From positions 7,744,001-7,808,000 of the forward strand of contig OY970303.1 in assembly GCA_963716255.1 (NCBI GenBank): DNA of 64,000 nucleotides, written 5' to 3'. The translations under genes and the position numbers were made by a program. Within the stretch, counting starts at the first letter, position 1; each line of letters opens with the position of its first letter. The notes below the pieces were generated by a model, which saw only the letters and a list, made by a program, of their open reading frames with translations, ran no database searches and was not told the origin of the DNA. The DNA is from an uncultured Gemmatimonadales bacterium. GTDB lineage: Bacteria; Gemmatimonadota; Gemmatimonadetes; Longimicrobiales; Longimicrobiaceae. Positions 27,010 to 37,678 of this stretch are shown piece after piece.

Positions 27010-29174
27010 GCCGCGGCTCGCTGGCCGCGCGGCTCCTGGCCGCGTTCCTGGAGGACCTGGACGAGCAGCTCCGCGCCATGGACGCCGACCTGCTCGCGCT
27101 GGAGGCGAACCCCGCCGACGGGGAGCGCCTCCGCTCGCTCTTCCGCGTCGCCCACACCGTCAAGGGCGCCGCGCGCGCCGCCTCCGTCCCCCTGGTGGAG
27201 GAGGCCTGCCACGCGCTGGAGGCGCGCCTGTCCGACCTCCGCGACGGCGCCCGCTCGCTGGACGCCGCCGCCTTCCGCGCGCTCTTCGCCGCCGCGGACG
27301 CCCTGCGCGAGGCCGGCGCCCGGCTGGCCGCGGGCGAGCCGCTGGAGGGCTCGCGCGTGGAGCGGCTGGCCGGGCTGCTGCGCGAGCACGGCCTCGCCTT
27401 CCCGGAGGAGGCGCCCGCCCCGGAGGCCGCGGCCGCCGAGCGGGCCAACGGCCGGGTGCGGGTGGAGGCGGAAAAGCTGGACGCGCTCCTCGCCTCCGCA
27501 GTGCAGCTGATGTCCTCGCGCGGACGCATCGCCGCGCGCGTGTCCCGGGCGGCCGCGCTCCGCGACTCGCTGGCGCGCGCCGAGTCCCGGCACCGGCGCA
27601 TGGCGCGCACCGTCCGCGCCGCACTGGAGCACGCCGGCGCTCCCCCCGCCGTGGCCGAGGGGCTGGCCGCCGCCGGCGAGGAGCTGCGCCACGCCGCCCG
27701 CGAGGCCGCCCGCCTCGCGGCCGAGGCCGCCGCCGAGGCGCGGGAGCTGGGGCAGGTCACCGACGAGCTCACCGAGCGCGTCCGCCGCCTGCGCCTGCGC
27801 CCCTTCGCGGACGCCTGCGAGGCGCTCCCGCGCGTGGCCCGCGACGTGGCCGCGGCCGCGGGCCGGGAGGTGCGGCTGGTGGTGCGCGGCGGCGAGGTGC
27901 AGGCCGACCGCGGGGTGATCGAGGGGCTTCGCGAGGCGCTGCTGCACCTGGTGAGGAACGCCGTGGACCACGGCATCGAGCCGCCCGAGGAGCGGGAGGC
28001 GCGCGGCAAGCCCCGCGCGGGGACGCTCACGGTCTCCGCCGCGCTTCACCGCGAGCGCATGACCGTCACCGTGGAGGACGACGGCCGGGGGATCGACACC
28101 GGCGCCGTGCGCGCCGCGCTGGAGCGCCGCGGCCTCCCCGTCCCGGCCGACGAGCGCGAGCTGGCGCGGTCCCTCTTCGCCCCCGGGCTGAGCACCCGCA
28201 CCGAGGCCACACGCATCTCCGGGCGCGGCGTGGGGCTGGACGCCGTGCGCGCCGCCGCCGAGCGCGTCCGCGGCACGCTGGACGTCACCTGGACCACGGG
28301 CGCCGGGGCGACCTTCGTGCTGGAAACGCCGCTGGTGCTCGCCACGCTGCGCGCGCTGCTGGTGAGGGTGGGCGACCACCTGCTGGCGCTCCCCACCTCG
28401 GCCGTGGACGCCCTGGTCCGCATCCCCCCCGGGGCGGTGCACCGCGCCGACGGCCGCGACCTCGCCGTGCTGGACGACGTCCCCGTGCAGGTGGCCTCCC
28501 TCGCCCGCATCCTGGGCCCGCCGCTGCGCGAGGCCCGCGACCCCGGCGCGCCGCTGGTGGCCGCGCTGCTGCGCTCCGGCGGCCGCCGCTTCGCCGCGGT
28601 GGTCGACGAGCCCGTCGGCGAGCTGGAGGTGGTCGTGCGCCCCCTGGAGCGCCCCGAGGGCCCTCTCCCGCACCTCCTGGGCGCTGCCATCCTGGGCACC
28701 GGCGAGGTGGCGCTGGTGCTCAGCCCGGCCAGCCTGGTGGAGGCCGCCGGCGCCCTGGCCGGAGGAGAGCCGCTGGCCGGGACCGGGGCGGACGCCGCGC
28801 CCCCCGCCCGGCACCGCGTCCTGGTGGTGGACGACTCCATCACCACCCGCACCCTGGAGCAGAGCACCCTGGAGGCGGCCGGCTACGAAGTGGCGGTCGC
28901 CGTCGACGGCGAGGCCGCCTGGGCGCGGCTCCAGCAGGGGGGGATCGAGGTGGTGGTCACCGACGTGGAGATGCCGCGCATGGGCGGCATCGAGCTGTGC
29001 CAGGCGATCCGCGCCTCCGAGCGCTTCGCCTCGCTCCCCGTGGTCCTGGTGACCTCGCTGGACTCCGCAGAGCACCGGGCGCGCGGCCTGGAGGCCGGCG
29101 CCGACGCCTACGTCGGCAAGGCCGCCTTCGACCAGCAGGGGCTGCTCCAGATCATCCGCCAGCTGGTGGGGTGA
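27006..29174 (+). CDS. cheA: CheA-REC hybrid kinase (WspE-like)
   Basis: Hpt [26 protein letters not shown], CheW domain, C-terminal VVDDS...TDVEMP. Confidence 0.95.
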   Translation: MSRGSLAARLLAAFLEDLDEQLRAMDADLLALEANPADGERLRSLFRVAHTVKGAARAASVPLVEEACHALEARLSDLRDGARSLDAAAFRALFAAADALREAGARLAAGEPLEGSRVERLAGLLREHGLAFPEEAPAPEAAAAERANGRVRVEAEKLDALLASAVQLMSSRGRIAARVSRAAALRDSLARAESRHRRMARTVRAALEHAGAPPAVAEGLAAAGEELRHAAREAARLAAEAAAEARELGQVTDELTERVRRLRLRPFADACEALPRVARDVAAAAGREVRLVVRGGEVQADRGVIEGLREALLHLVRNAVDHGIEPPEEREARGKPRAGTLTVSAALHRERMTVTVEDDGRGIDTGAVRAALERRGLPVPADERELARSLFAPGLSTRTEATRISGRGVGLDAVRAAAERVRGTLDVTWTTGAGATFVLETPLVLATLRALLVRVGDHLLALPTSAVDALVRIPPGAVHRADGRDLAVLDDVPVQVASLARILGPPLREARDPGAPLVAALLRSGGRRFAAVVDEPVGELEVVVRPLERPEGPLPHLLGAAILGTGEVALVLSPASLVEAAGALAGGEPLAGTGADAAPPARHRVLVVDDSITTRTLEQSTLEAAGYEVAVAVDGEAAWARLQQGGIEVVVTDVEMPRMGGIELCQAIRASERFASLPVVLVTSLDSAEHRARGLEAGADAYVGKAAFDQQGLLQIIRQLVG

Positions 29175-29182
29175 GGAGCCCG

Positions 29183-30238
29183 ATGATCCGCGTGCTCGTC
29201 GCCGAGGACTCCCGGGCGGAGCGCGCGCTCCTGGTGTCCATCCTGGAGAGCGATCCCGCCATCCGGGTGGTGGGCGAGGCCGCCGACGGCGCGCAGGCCG
29301 TGGAGATGACGCTGCGCCTCCGCCCGGACCTCGTCACCATGGACGTGCACATGCCTCTCCTGGACGGGCTGGAGGCCACCCGCGAGATCATGGTCCGCGC
29401 CCCCACGCCCATCGTGGTGGTCTCCTCCAGCGTCCGTCCCGACGACATCACCCTGTCGCTGCGCGCCACCGGGGCCGGGGCCCTCGCCGCGGTCGCCAAG
29501 CCCGAGGGCCCCGCCTCGCCCCGCTTCGAGGAGGACCGCGCCCAGCTCGTATCCATGGTCCGGGCCATGGCCGACGTCAAGGTGGTGCGCCGCTGGAGCG
29601 CCCGCCCCGAGGGCGGGGTTCCCCCGGCGCCCACGCCCGCCCCGCGGGCCCCCGTGCGCCTGGTCGCGGTCGCCGCCTCCACCGGCGGCCCCGTCGCCCT
29701 CCAGACCCTCCTGTCCGCGCTCCCCGCCTCGTTCCCGGTCCCCGTGCTGGTGGTGCAGCACATGTCCCGTGGCTTCGTGGAGGTGCTGGCGCGCTGGCTC
29801 GGCACCGCCACCGCCCTGCGCGTCAGGGTCGCCGTGGCGGGCGAGCGCCTAGTCCCCGGCACCGTGTACCTCGCCCCCGACGACCAGCACCTGGGCACGA
29901 CCCCCGACGGCGCCGCCGTGGAGCTGTCCGCCGCCCCGCCGCTGGAAGGCTTCCGTCCGTCCGCGTCGCACCTGTTCCGCTCCGCCGCCGCCGCGTACGG
30001 CGAGTCGCTGCTGGCGGTGATCCTCACCGGCATGGGGAGCGACGGCGTGCGCGGCCTGCGCGCGGCGCGGGCCGCCGGGGCGCTGGTGCTGGCCCAGGAC
30101 GAGGAGTCCAGCGTGATCTACGGGATGCCGCGGGAAGCGGTGCAGGCGGGAGTCGTGGGGGCCGTGCTGCCGCTCGAGTCCATCGGACCGCGGCTGGCGA
30201 GTCTTGTTTCCGCGAGTGGGGTGGACGATTTGTTCTGA
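29183..30238 (+). CDS. cheB: CheB methylesterase with REC domain
   Basis: ASTGGP, VQHM, LTGMGSDG. Confidence 0.95.
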   Translation: MIRVLVAEDSRAERALLVSILESDPAIRVVGEAADGAQAVEMTLRLRPDLVTMDVHMPLLDGLEATREIMVRAPTPIVVVSSSVRPDDITLSLRATGAGALAAVAKPEGPASPRFEEDRAQLVSMVRAMADVKVVRRWSARPEGGVPPAPTPAPRAPVRLVAVAASTGGPVALQTLLSALPASFPVPVLVVQHMSRGFVEVLARWLGTATALRVRVAVAGERLVPGTVYLAPDDQHLGTTPDGAAVELSAAPPLEGFRPSASHLFRSAAAAYGESLLAVILTGMGSDGVRGLRAARAAGALVLAQDEESSVIYGMPREAVQAGVVGAVLPLESIGPRLASLVSASGVDDLF

Positions 30239-30256
30239 ACGGGGAAGGGAACTGAC

Positions 30257-30392
30257 GGTTTTGGGCGTGCCCCCGGCTGGCGCCGGGGTCGGGCTTCGGC
30301 TCCGTAGGGCTGCAAACAACGCAGCCCAACGGAGTCGAGCCCCGCGAAACGGCCCGCGGGTCTCGCCCCTTCGGGCCGGAATCCCTCACGCG
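30257..30392 (+). repeat. Structured repeat family A, copy 6
   Basis: Full copy just after the cheB stop; followed by family C at 30416-30470. Confidence 0.95.
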
Positions 30393-30483
30393 GGGCTCGC
30401 GCTGGCGTCGGCTGGCCCCCCACCCGGCTCGCTTGAGGCTCGCCACCCTCCCCCGCAAGCGAGGGAGGGCTGACCGAAGGTCA

Positions 30484-30657
30484 GGCAGTTTGCCGTTGCG
30501 ACCTGCGCCGGGAGGTCGGGGAAGGCTGCGCAGGAGGTGCGTTGTTCGAAGCCAGCGTGATCCCGCCCTCGCACGGAGCGTGAGCGAGTGCTCTGCGAGT
30601 CCCTTCGGGTTCCGCACCGACGGAGCAGCCGCCCCCGGCCGACCCCAAACACCGGAG
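30484..30657 (-). repeat. Structured repeat family D
   Basis: Reverse complement aligns with 57472-57620. Confidence 0.8.
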
Positions 30658-30685
30658 GCTGCCGAAGCACACCGTCGTTCTCTCC

Positions 30686-31225
30686 CTACTCGGCGGCCTC
30701 CACCATCTCCAGCACCTCGCGGAGGGTGGTCTCTCCCCGGTCGCGCGCGTACCACTTCCGCACGTCCCGGTAGATCTCCTCCGGAGGTCGCGTGCCGGCG
30801 CTCTTTTCACGCAGCACGAACTCCTGGAGCTCCGCGGGGCGCGGGCCCCAGCGGCCACGCGGGCGGAACTGCTCGTCGAGCAGGACGACGAGCGGGATGG
30901 AGCGGGCGGCGCCGGTCAGGTACGCGTCCATCAGCTCCGGGTTCTCGTCGCGCTTCACCACCCGCATCTCCAGCTGCGGCGCGGATCCGGCGAGCGCGGC
31001 GATCACCGGGACGGTGTTGGACGCGTCGCCGCACCAGTCCTCCGAGATCACCAGCAGCTTCCAGCTCCCCCCCGCCGCCGCCGCGCGCTCCAGCGCCCAC
31101 CCGGGCACCCTCACCCCCCTCGCGACGCCCTCCCACAGGGCGCGGTTGGTCACCACCTCGTCCGCCATGTACGCGTCCCAGGTGAAGCCCCCGTCCCAGT
31201 ACCCGCGGTAGTCCAGGTCCGCCAT
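30686..31225 (-). CDS. Thioredoxin-fold protein with single-Cys WCGD motif
   Basis: LVISEDWCGDA, RSIP, WGPRP. Confidence 0.85.
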   Translation of the reverse strand: MADLDYRGYWDGGFTWDAYMADEVVTNRALWEGVARGVRVPGWALERAAAAGGSWKLLVISEDWCGDASNTVPVIAALAGSAPQLEMRVVKRDENPELMDAYLTGAARSIPLVVLLDEQFRPRGRWGPRPAELQEFVLREKSAGTRPPEEIYRDVRKWYARDRGETTLREVLEMVEAAE

Positions 31226-31411
31226 TTCGGCTCCGCCAATCAGGTCGTGATCGTGCCGGCGCGCCCCCCGCGCCGCCAGTGCCCACGCCCCGTCCGCAAG
31301 CTGCGCACCCCGCCGATCCGGACGGGGGCGGGCGTGGCTTTTGCATTCCCGCCCCGCTCGGCGCCCGAAGACCGGAGGGTCTTGGACCATCCACTTCAAA
31401 CCAGACGGGAT

Positions 31412-32527
31412 ATGATCACGAAACAGGACCTCGAGCGGCTGATGCAGCGGACGGACGGCGGGCGGCCCGTCCTCTCACTCTTCCTCGACATGTCGGTCAA
31501 CTCCGACAACAAGCGCACCCACAGCACCGTCTTCCTCAACCAGAAGCAGAGCCAGTTCGAGGAGCTGGACGGGAGCCAGGCCCCGGACGTAGGGGATGCA
31601 TTCGACCGCGTGCGCGCATGGCTGGCCGACGGCTACGCCGAGGAGAACCGCGGCGTCGTCGTCTACACCGAGGTGGGAGGCGACTGGTTCGAGGCGCTCC
31701 AGTTCCCCGTCCCCGTGCAGAGCCGCGCGACCCTGAGCCCCCGCCCGCTGATCGCGCCGCTGGCGCAGGTCATCGGCAGCTACCACCACCACGGCGTGGT
31801 ACTGCTGGACCGCGAGCACGTGCGCATCCTCAGCATCTACCTGGGCACCCTGCTGGACGAGTTCGAGGTGCACGGCGACCCGCTCCCCGTTCCCTCGCAC
31901 GTGCAGGCCGGGGGATACTCGCAGGCCCGCTTCCAGCGCCGCAAGGCCGAGGAGATGCGGCATTTCTTCAAGGAGTTCGCCAAGGAGGTGGAGACCTTCG
32001 TGGGGCGCTACGGGCCCGACGACCTCATCATCCTGGGCACCGACGAGAACGTCGCCAATTTCCGCGAGTTCCTCCCCGAGCCGGTGCAGGCGATGGTCGT
32101 GTACACCGGCAACGCCTGGGTGGACGACAACACCAGCGACATCCTGGTCAAGATCCAGCCGCACCTGGAGGCGTACGAGGACCGCGAGCGGCAGGAAGTG
32201 GTGGAGCGCGTCCGCGACCGCGTGGCCAACGACTACCTCGCCACCGCCGGCTTCCAGGGCACGCTCACCGCGGTGCAGGAGGGGAAGGTGGACACCCTGG
32301 TGCTCGCCCGCGACCAGAGCCAGGACGGCACCCGGTGCAAGACCTGCTCGTTCGTGTACGCACGCGGCATGGAGCGCTGCTCGTACTGCGGCTCCAGCGA
32401 GCTGGAGGAGGTCGACGCCGTGGAGGAGCTGGTGCGCATGGCCGAGGGCCAGGGCGTGGAGATCGCCTTCACCGACCCGGGCCAGGTGGACGACCTCAAG
32501 GGAGTGGGGGCGCTGCTGCGCTTCTGA
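31412..32527 (+). CDS. Bacterial archaeo-eukaryotic release factor (baeRF/Vms1-like) family protein with Zn ribbon
   Basis: VLSLFLD, GGYSQARFQRR, CKTC...CSYC, C-terminal GVGALLRF as in eRF1 domain 3. Confidence 0.85.
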   Translation: MITKQDLERLMQRTDGGRPVLSLFLDMSVNSDNKRTHSTVFLNQKQSQFEELDGSQAPDVGDAFDRVRAWLADGYAEENRGVVVYTEVGGDWFEALQFPVPVQSRATLSPRPLIAPLAQVIGSYHHHGVVLLDREHVRILSIYLGTLLDEFEVHGDPLPVPSHVQAGGYSQARFQRRKAEEMRHFFKEFAKEVETFVGRYGPDDLIILGTDENVANFREFLPEPVQAMVVYTGNAWVDDNTSDILVKIQPHLEAYEDRERQEVVERVRDRVANDYLATAGFQGTLTAVQEGKVDTLVLARDQSQDGTRCKTCSFVYARGMERCSYCGSSELEEVDAVEELVRMAEGQGVEIAFTDPGQVDDLKGVGALLRF

Positions 32528-32568
32528 GGGCGTCCGGGACTCACCTTTCCCGAACGACCATTCCGCCC

Positions 32569-32603
32569 ACGGGGGCGCGGGCCATGCCCGCGCCTCCGTT
32601 TTT
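32569..32603 (+). terminator. Intrinsic terminator
   Basis: ACGGGGGCGCGG...CCGCGCCTCCGT followed by T-run. Confidence 0.6.
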
Positions 32604-32666
32604 GCTTGACATTCCTGCCTGCAGAACCGTACGTTCCTCGTCCACCCACCTCACACGACACCGCGA

Positions 32667-33293
32667 ATGGCTTCTCCCCAACTGGACGAGGGCGGGCGGA
32701 AGCGTCTGCGCGCCGACCTGGAATCCCTGGACGGAGTGCGCACCGCCCTGCTCGACGGCTCCCCCCTGGCCGTGTACCTGGTCTGCGACCACGGCGAGCC
32801 CGCGCAGCTCGAGATGCTCGCAGGCGCCGTGCTCGCCCGCCACCGCCTGGACCGCAAGGGCGTCGCCGTCCACGTGTCCTTTCTGGCGGGCCCGCAGCCC
32901 GCGCGCCGCGTGCGATTCCTCCACGCCCGGGTCGCGCGTCCCAGCGCCGGCCGCGCCGTCGCCTCCGTCGCCCTGGAGTGGAGCGGGACCGTCTACGAGA
33001 ACGAGACGGACGGGGAGAGCGGCGAGCCCATCGAGCTGCGCCTGGCCGCGCTCGCCACGCTGCGCGGCATCGAAGCCGTCATCGGCGGCGCGCTGCACTT
33101 CAAGCTGGTGGGAATCCGGACGCTGCGCGCCTTCGACACCGACATGGTCGCCGTCCTCCTGCACACCGACCACGGCAACAGCCCGCTCATCGGCGCGTCG
33201 CTGGCGCGCGAGTCGGTCCACGAGTCGGCCGCCATCGCCGTGCTCAACGCTACCAATCGCCTGCTCGGGAATTATCTCGCCACCGGGGAGTGA
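32667..33293 (+). CDS. Hypothetical protein
   Basis: Host-like codon usage; LRLAALATLRGI and SAAIAVLNATNR helices; TTGACA-N18-TACGTT at 32606-32635. Confidence 0.75.
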   Translation: MASPQLDEGGRKRLRADLESLDGVRTALLDGSPLAVYLVCDHGEPAQLEMLAGAVLARHRLDRKGVAVHVSFLAGPQPARRVRFLHARVARPSAGRAVASVALEWSGTVYENETDGESGEPIELRLAALATLRGIEAVIGGALHFKLVGIRTLRAFDTDMVAVLLHTDHGNSPLIGASLARESVHESAAIAVLNATNRLLGNYLATGE

Positions 33294-33306
33294 CGGCATG
33301 AACTGC

Positions 33307-33446
33307 GGGTTGGGGCGTGCCCCCGGCTGGCGCCGGGGTCGGGCTTCGGCTCCGTAGAGCAGCAAACAACGCTGCTCAACGGAGTCGAGCCCCGGCGGAA
33401 ACAGCCCCGCCGGGTCTCGCCCCTTCGGGCCGAAATCCCTCACGCG
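33307..33446 (+). repeat. Structured repeat family A, copy 7
   Basis: Variable stem GAGCAGC/GCTGCTC; followed by partial family D and family C. Confidence 0.95.
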
Positions 33447-33600
33447 ACGGCACGCCCCCTCCCCCGGCCAACTCAAACACCGGAGCCCGCCGGAGCACAC
33501 GCTGTTGGCCCCCTCTCCCAGAATTGGGAGAGGGTGGTGTGCCTCAAGCGAGCCGGGTGAGGGCCGCCGGGTGAGGGGCTTGCGCGTAAGGCACGGGCAG

Positions 33601-33640
33601 AAAAGAGGCGGCGCCGCACGGAACTCCGTGCGGCGCCGCG
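33601..33640 (-). terminator. Terminator-like hairpin after the lytic transglycosylase
   Basis: GCGGCGCCGCACGGA/TCCGTGCGGCGCCGC near an A-run on +. Confidence 0.55.
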
Positions 33641-33659
33641 AACGTTTTGCCCCGGACCT

Positions 33660-34334
33660 TCAGTTGCGCCTGCCGAGGATCTTGCGGGAGTAGCCGTTGT
33701 CCGGGTCGATCCCCGCCCTCACCAGCTGGTCCACCCGTCCCGGGCCGCGGTTGTAGGCCAGCAGCGCCATGTTGACGTCGCCGCGGTACTGCTCGATCAG
33801 GATGTTCAGGAAGCGGAACCCCAGCCGCAGGTTCGTTTCCCGGTCGAAGATCTGGTTGTGGCTGATCCCCGGCCGGAGCAGCCGCGCCGTCTCCGGCATC
33901 AACTGCGTGTACCCGAGGGCGCCCACCGGGCTCACCGCGCGCTGGTTGAACTCGCTCTCCACCCGCACCAGCTCGAAGGCCACCCTGGGGTCGATCCGCT
34001 CCGCGAGCGCGATCTCCTCGATGGAGGCCGCCAGGTCCGCCCCGATCCCGTACTTGGCAGAGTAGCGGTGGATCCGCTCCAGCCGCTCGATCTGCATCTT
34101 CTGGAGGTCGATCTGCCCCTCCAGCGCCTGGAGCTGGGCATCGCCCGCGAGAAAGCGCTGCTGCCACTCCGCCGCCCACCCCGCCCCCGAATCCACCGAC
34201 CCCGCGCCGAGCTGGAACGCGAACACGAAGAGCAGGATCCCGAGCACCGCACCCCGTACCGCCGGCCAGATGTCCGTCCGTGGCTGCTTACGCGCAGCGA
34301 CGTCTGCCTGCAGCTTGAGGAGAAGAGACTGCAT
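33660..34334 (-). CDS. Lytic transglycosylase, SLT domain
   Basis: VRVESEFN, GALGYTQLMPETA, LLAYNRGP. Confidence 0.9.
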   Translation of the reverse strand: MQSLLLKLQADVAARKQPRTDIWPAVRGAVLGILLFVFAFQLGAGSVDSGAGWAAEWQQRFLAGDAQLQALEGQIDLQKMQIERLERIHRYSAKYGIGADLAASIEEIALAERIDPRVAFELVRVESEFNQRAVSPVGALGYTQLMPETARLLRPGISHNQIFDRETNLRLGFRFLNILIEQYRGDVNMALLAYNRGPGRVDQLVRAGIDPDNGYSRKILGRRN

Positions 34335-34389
34335 AGCGCCTCCGGGCTTGAGTTGACCGGCCCAAAAGCAAGCCCCGTGCCCGGTGACC

Positions 34390-34887
34390 CTACTCCGGAC
34401 CCGCCTCCCAGGCCCCGGAGCGGCCACCTTCCTTGCGTACCAAGCGGATAGCTTCAATGCGCATTCCGCGGTCGCGGGCCTTGCACATGTCGTAGATCGT
34501 CAGGAGTGCCACCGAGACCGCTGTCAAGGCCTCCATCTCCACCCCGGTCCGCGCCTCCACCCGCGCCGTCGCCCGCACCCGCACCCCGGGCAGGGCCTCG
34601 TCCGCCTCCAGCTCCACCTCCACCGAGCTGAGCGGGAGCGAGTGGCAGAGCGGAATCAGCTCCGCCGTCCGCTTGGCCCCCGTGATGCCCGCCAACTGCG
34701 CCACCAGCAGCACGTTGCCCTTGGGCGCCGTTCCCTCCACGATTGCCCGCACGGTCGCCGCCGAGGTGACGATCCGCCCCTCCGCCACCGCCACGCGGCG
34801 GGTGACTTCCTTGTCGCCCACGTCCACCATTCGCGGCCGCCCCTCCGCGTCCAGGTGCGTGAAGCCGCTCCCCTCCGGGCTCGTCAC
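34390..34887 (-). CDS. moaC: Cyclic pyranopterin monophosphate synthase MoaC
   Basis: [33 protein letters not shown]. Confidence 0.95.
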   Translation of the reverse strand: MTSPEGSGFTHLDAEGRPRMVDVGDKEVTRRVAVAEGRIVTSAATVRAIVEGTAPKGNVLLVAQLAGITGAKRTAELIPLCHSLPLSSVEVELEADEALPGVRVRATARVEARTGVEMEALTAVSVALLTIYDMCKARDRGMRIEAIRLVRKEGGRSGAWEAGPE

Positions 34888-34894
34888 GGCGCCC

Positions 34895-36046
34895 TCAAGC
34901 CGCGTCCAGCAGGTCGCGCCGCACGCCCCGCAGCAGGTCGGCCAAGATGAGCTGCGGGTTGACGTTGCCCGAGGCCAGCTCCGCCGCCCGCTGCACCCGG
35001 TCCAGGGCCAGGCCCACCCCCAGCGGCCGGATGTCCCTTCGGCGCACCACCTGGGACAGCATTGCCGCATCACCCCCGTTCACCACCAGCTCCTCCGCCC
35101 CGGAAGCCGACGCCATGAGGTCGCGGAGCCACACCGAGAACGCCTCCAGCGTCCCCGTGAACTCCCCGCGGCCGCCCGTGGGCGCCTCCGCCAGCGCCGC
35201 CGCCAGCCGCGCCGTGGGCCCGTCCGCCGTCGCGGCCAGGAGCAGCGCCCGCCCCGCCTGCCGCTGCCGCTCCAGCGGTCCCGGCCCGTCACCCGAGGGG
35301 AGGAGCCGCAGCGCCCGCCCGATCGCCCCCTCCGAGAGCGCCGCCACAGCCTCCGCCTGGTCCGCCGGCATCCCCTTGCGGCGCACCAGGAAGTCGCTCA
35401 CCTCCTCCGGCGCCAGCGGGAGCAGGCGCACCGGGAGCACCCGCGAGCGGATGGTGGGGAGCAGCGCCCCGGGCGTGGACGAGGTGAGGATCAGCGTCGT
35501 GTCCGCCGGGGGCTCCTCCAGCAGCTTGAGGAAGGCGTTCGCCGCCTCCTGCGACGACTCCTGCGGCACCATCGCCTCCGCGTCGCCCACCACGAACACC
35601 TTGCGCGACCCCATCGCCGGGCGGTTCCCCGCCAGCTCCTGGAGCGTGCGGATCGCCGCCAGGAAGTACGCCGGGGCCCGCTCGTACGCCGGCAGGTGGA
35701 ACGGGTCCGCGCGCCGGGCCACGAGCTCCGCCGCCCGCGACTCCTCCAGCTTCTCCCGCAGCCGGTCCGGCCCCGTCGCGTCGGGACGGGGCAGGGGGAA
35801 GAACCAGTTGACGTCCGGGTGCTCGAGCCGCTCCACCAGCCGGCAGTGCAGGCAGTGCCCGCACGGCTCCGTCGCCGCCTCCGGGCTGTCGCATACGATC
35901 CGCTGCGCCAGCCAGAGTCCGAAGCGCTCCTTGCCGATCCCCTCCGGCCCGTGCAGCAGCAGCGAGTGGGGCAGGTCGTTTTCCCGCACCGACTTCGCCA
36001 GCGCGGCCCGCATCTTTTCGTGGCCCTGGAGGGGGATCAGCGGCAT
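34895..36046 (-). CDS. holB: DNA polymerase III delta' subunit-like
   Basis: [41 protein letters not shown]. Confidence 0.9.
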   Translation of the reverse strand: MPLIPLQGHEKMRAALAKSVRENDLPHSLLLHGPEGIGKERFGLWLAQRIVCDSPEAATEPCGHCLHCRLVERLEHPDVNWFFPLPRPDATGPDRLREKLEESRAAELVARRADPFHLPAYERAPAYFLAAIRTLQELAGNRPAMGSRKVFVVGDAEAMVPQESSQEAANAFLKLLEEPPADTTLILTSSTPGALLPTIRSRVLPVRLLPLAPEEVSDFLVRRKGMPADQAEAVAALSEGAIGRALRLLPSGDGPGPLERQRQAGRALLLAATADGPTARLAAALAEAPTGGRGEFTGTLEAFSVWLRDLMASASGAEELVVNGGDAAMLSQVVRRRDIRPLGVGLALDRVQRAAELASGNVNPQLILADLLRGVRRDLLDAA

Positions 36047-36073
36047 CGTCTCTCGGATCCTGAAGTTCTTCGT

Positions 36074-36210
36074 GTGGGGCCGCTCCGGAGCCCGGCGATA
36101 CTGCTGCCGGTCTCCTGCGCGGGTCGCGGAGCCCCGCCAAACAGCCGGCGGGTCTCCGCTCCGGCTCCGTGAGCCTCACGCAAACTACCGCGTGAGTCTC
36201 CCTCCGCAAC
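36074..36210 (+). repeat. Structured repeat family B
   Basis: Modules 36088-36114 (variant loop), 36129-36156, 36171-36200; family C follows at 36248-36300. Confidence 0.85.
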
Positions 36211-36371
36211 ATCATGCGGGAACGGCAGGGAACCGCGGAACGACAAACCCTCCCCCAGAATTGGGGGAGGGTGGCGAGCCTCAAGCGAGCCGGGTGGGGG
36301 CCTGCCGTGCCGTAACCGCGGTTGCAGGCTGTGGCGCTTCACGCTCCGCGTGAACCGTTGAACCCTGTCCC

Positions 36372-37673
36372 CTACCGTCTCCTCAGCCATGCAAGCGGGT
36401 CCACCGCCTGGCCGCCGGGGGAGCGGATCTGGAACTCCACGTGGGGGCCCTCCGGCGTGCCCTGGCCGCCCACCGAGCCCAGCACCTGGCCGCGGGCGAT
36501 CTCGGCGCCGTCGGCGACGCGCACGTCGTCCAGGTACAGGTACAGCGAGTAGTAGCCGCCGCCGTGGCTCACCACCACGCTGGGGCCGTAGCCCTCGAAG
36601 GGCTCGGCGAGCACCACGGTGCCGGACTCCACGGCCTTCACCGGCGTCCCCCGCGGCGCGCCGATGCCGATGCCGTTCCAGCGCAGCACCGTGCCGCTGG
36701 GCGTCGTCGTGCGCCCGAAGCGGTACAGGACGCGGCCGTCCACCGGCCAGCCGAGCTGGCCCAGGTCGCTGGTGGACAGGCGGGACTCGCCGCTGCTCGC
36801 CGCGGGGGTGGGGGCGCGGGGGGGCGGGGCGGGCGCGGCGGCCTTGGGGTCGCCCCCGGCGGCGCGGGCGGCGGCCGCCCGCGCCGCCGCTGCGCGGCGC
36901 TCCGTTTCCCTGCGGGCGGCTTCGCGGCGCTCGGCCTCGCGGCGGCGGCGCTCCAGCGTGGCGATCAGCGAGCCGAGCTGGCGCTCGTCGCGCGCCAGGC
37001 GCGTCATGCGGCCCTGCGTGGTGGTCGCCTGGCGCTGCACGATCCCCAGCGTCTTCCTGCGCTCCTCGCGCAGCAGCTCCAGCTGCTGGTGCTCCGTCAG
37101 CCGCTCGCCCTGCAGCACCTGCACCTCCTGCAGGCTGCGCTTCAGCTGCCGGTCGCGCAGCACCAGCTGCTTCTCCAGCTCGCGCACCTCCTCCAGCAGG
37201 GTGCGGTCGTGGCGGGCCACCAGGTGCAGGTACTTGTAGCGGTTCAGCAGGTCGCTGAAGTTCCCCGCCGTGAGCAGCACCTGGGCCGACTGCAGCGGGC
37301 CGCGCTTGTAGATGTCGCGCAGGCGGCGCTGCAGCAGCGCGCGACGCTCCGCCAGCCGGTCCTGCGTGTCCAGCAGCTCGCGCGTGGTCACGGCGATCTG
37401 CCGCTCCGTGCGGTCCAGCTGGAACTCCACCTCCTCCAGCACCCCCGCCGAGACGTCCACCTGGCGGCGGAGGATCTGCTCCTCCCCCGACAGGTTCCTC
37501 ACCTGCGAGCGCAGGTTCTTGAGCTCCTCCGCCAGCTCGCGCCGCTCCTGGCGGATCTCCTGCAGGCGGCGCTGGCTCTGCGACAGCTCGCGGGTGGTGT
37601 TCTGCTGCGCCGCGGCGGGCGCGGCGGCGAGCAGCAGCGCGGCGAGCGCGGCAAGGCGGACCCTCCCTGCCAT
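36372..37673 (-). CDS. envC: Murein hydrolase activator EnvC family (coiled coil + degenerate M23)
   Basis: Signal peptide, long coiled coil, WPVDG...WNGIGI...HVEFQIR; downstream of ftsEX. Confidence 0.88.
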   Translation of the reverse strand: MAGRVRLAALAALLLAAAPAAAQQNTTRELSQSQRRLQEIRQERRELAEELKNLRSQVRNLSGEEQILRRQVDVSAGVLEEVEFQLDRTERQIAVTTRELLDTQDRLAERRALLQRRLRDIYKRGPLQSAQVLLTAGNFSDLLNRYKYLHLVARHDRTLLEEVRELEKQLVLRDRQLKRSLQEVQVLQGERLTEHQQLELLREERRKTLGIVQRQATTTQGRMTRLARDERQLGSLIATLERRRREAERREAARRETERRAAAARAAAARAAGGDPKAAAPAPPPRAPTPAASSGESRLSTSDLGQLGWPVDGRVLYRFGRTTTPSGTVLRWNGIGIGAPRGTPVKAVESGTVVLAEPFEGYGPSVVVSHGGGYYSLYLYLDDVRVADGAEIARGQVLGSVGGQGTPEGPHVEFQIRSPGGQAVDPLAWLRRR

Positions 37674-37678
37674 CCCGG

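Noticed and set aside
25734..29075. Very long antisense/shadow ORFs (also 39392-42796, 43499-46942, 47498-50407)
   Set aside because: They overlap well-supported genes and are expected from stop-codon scarcity at high GC
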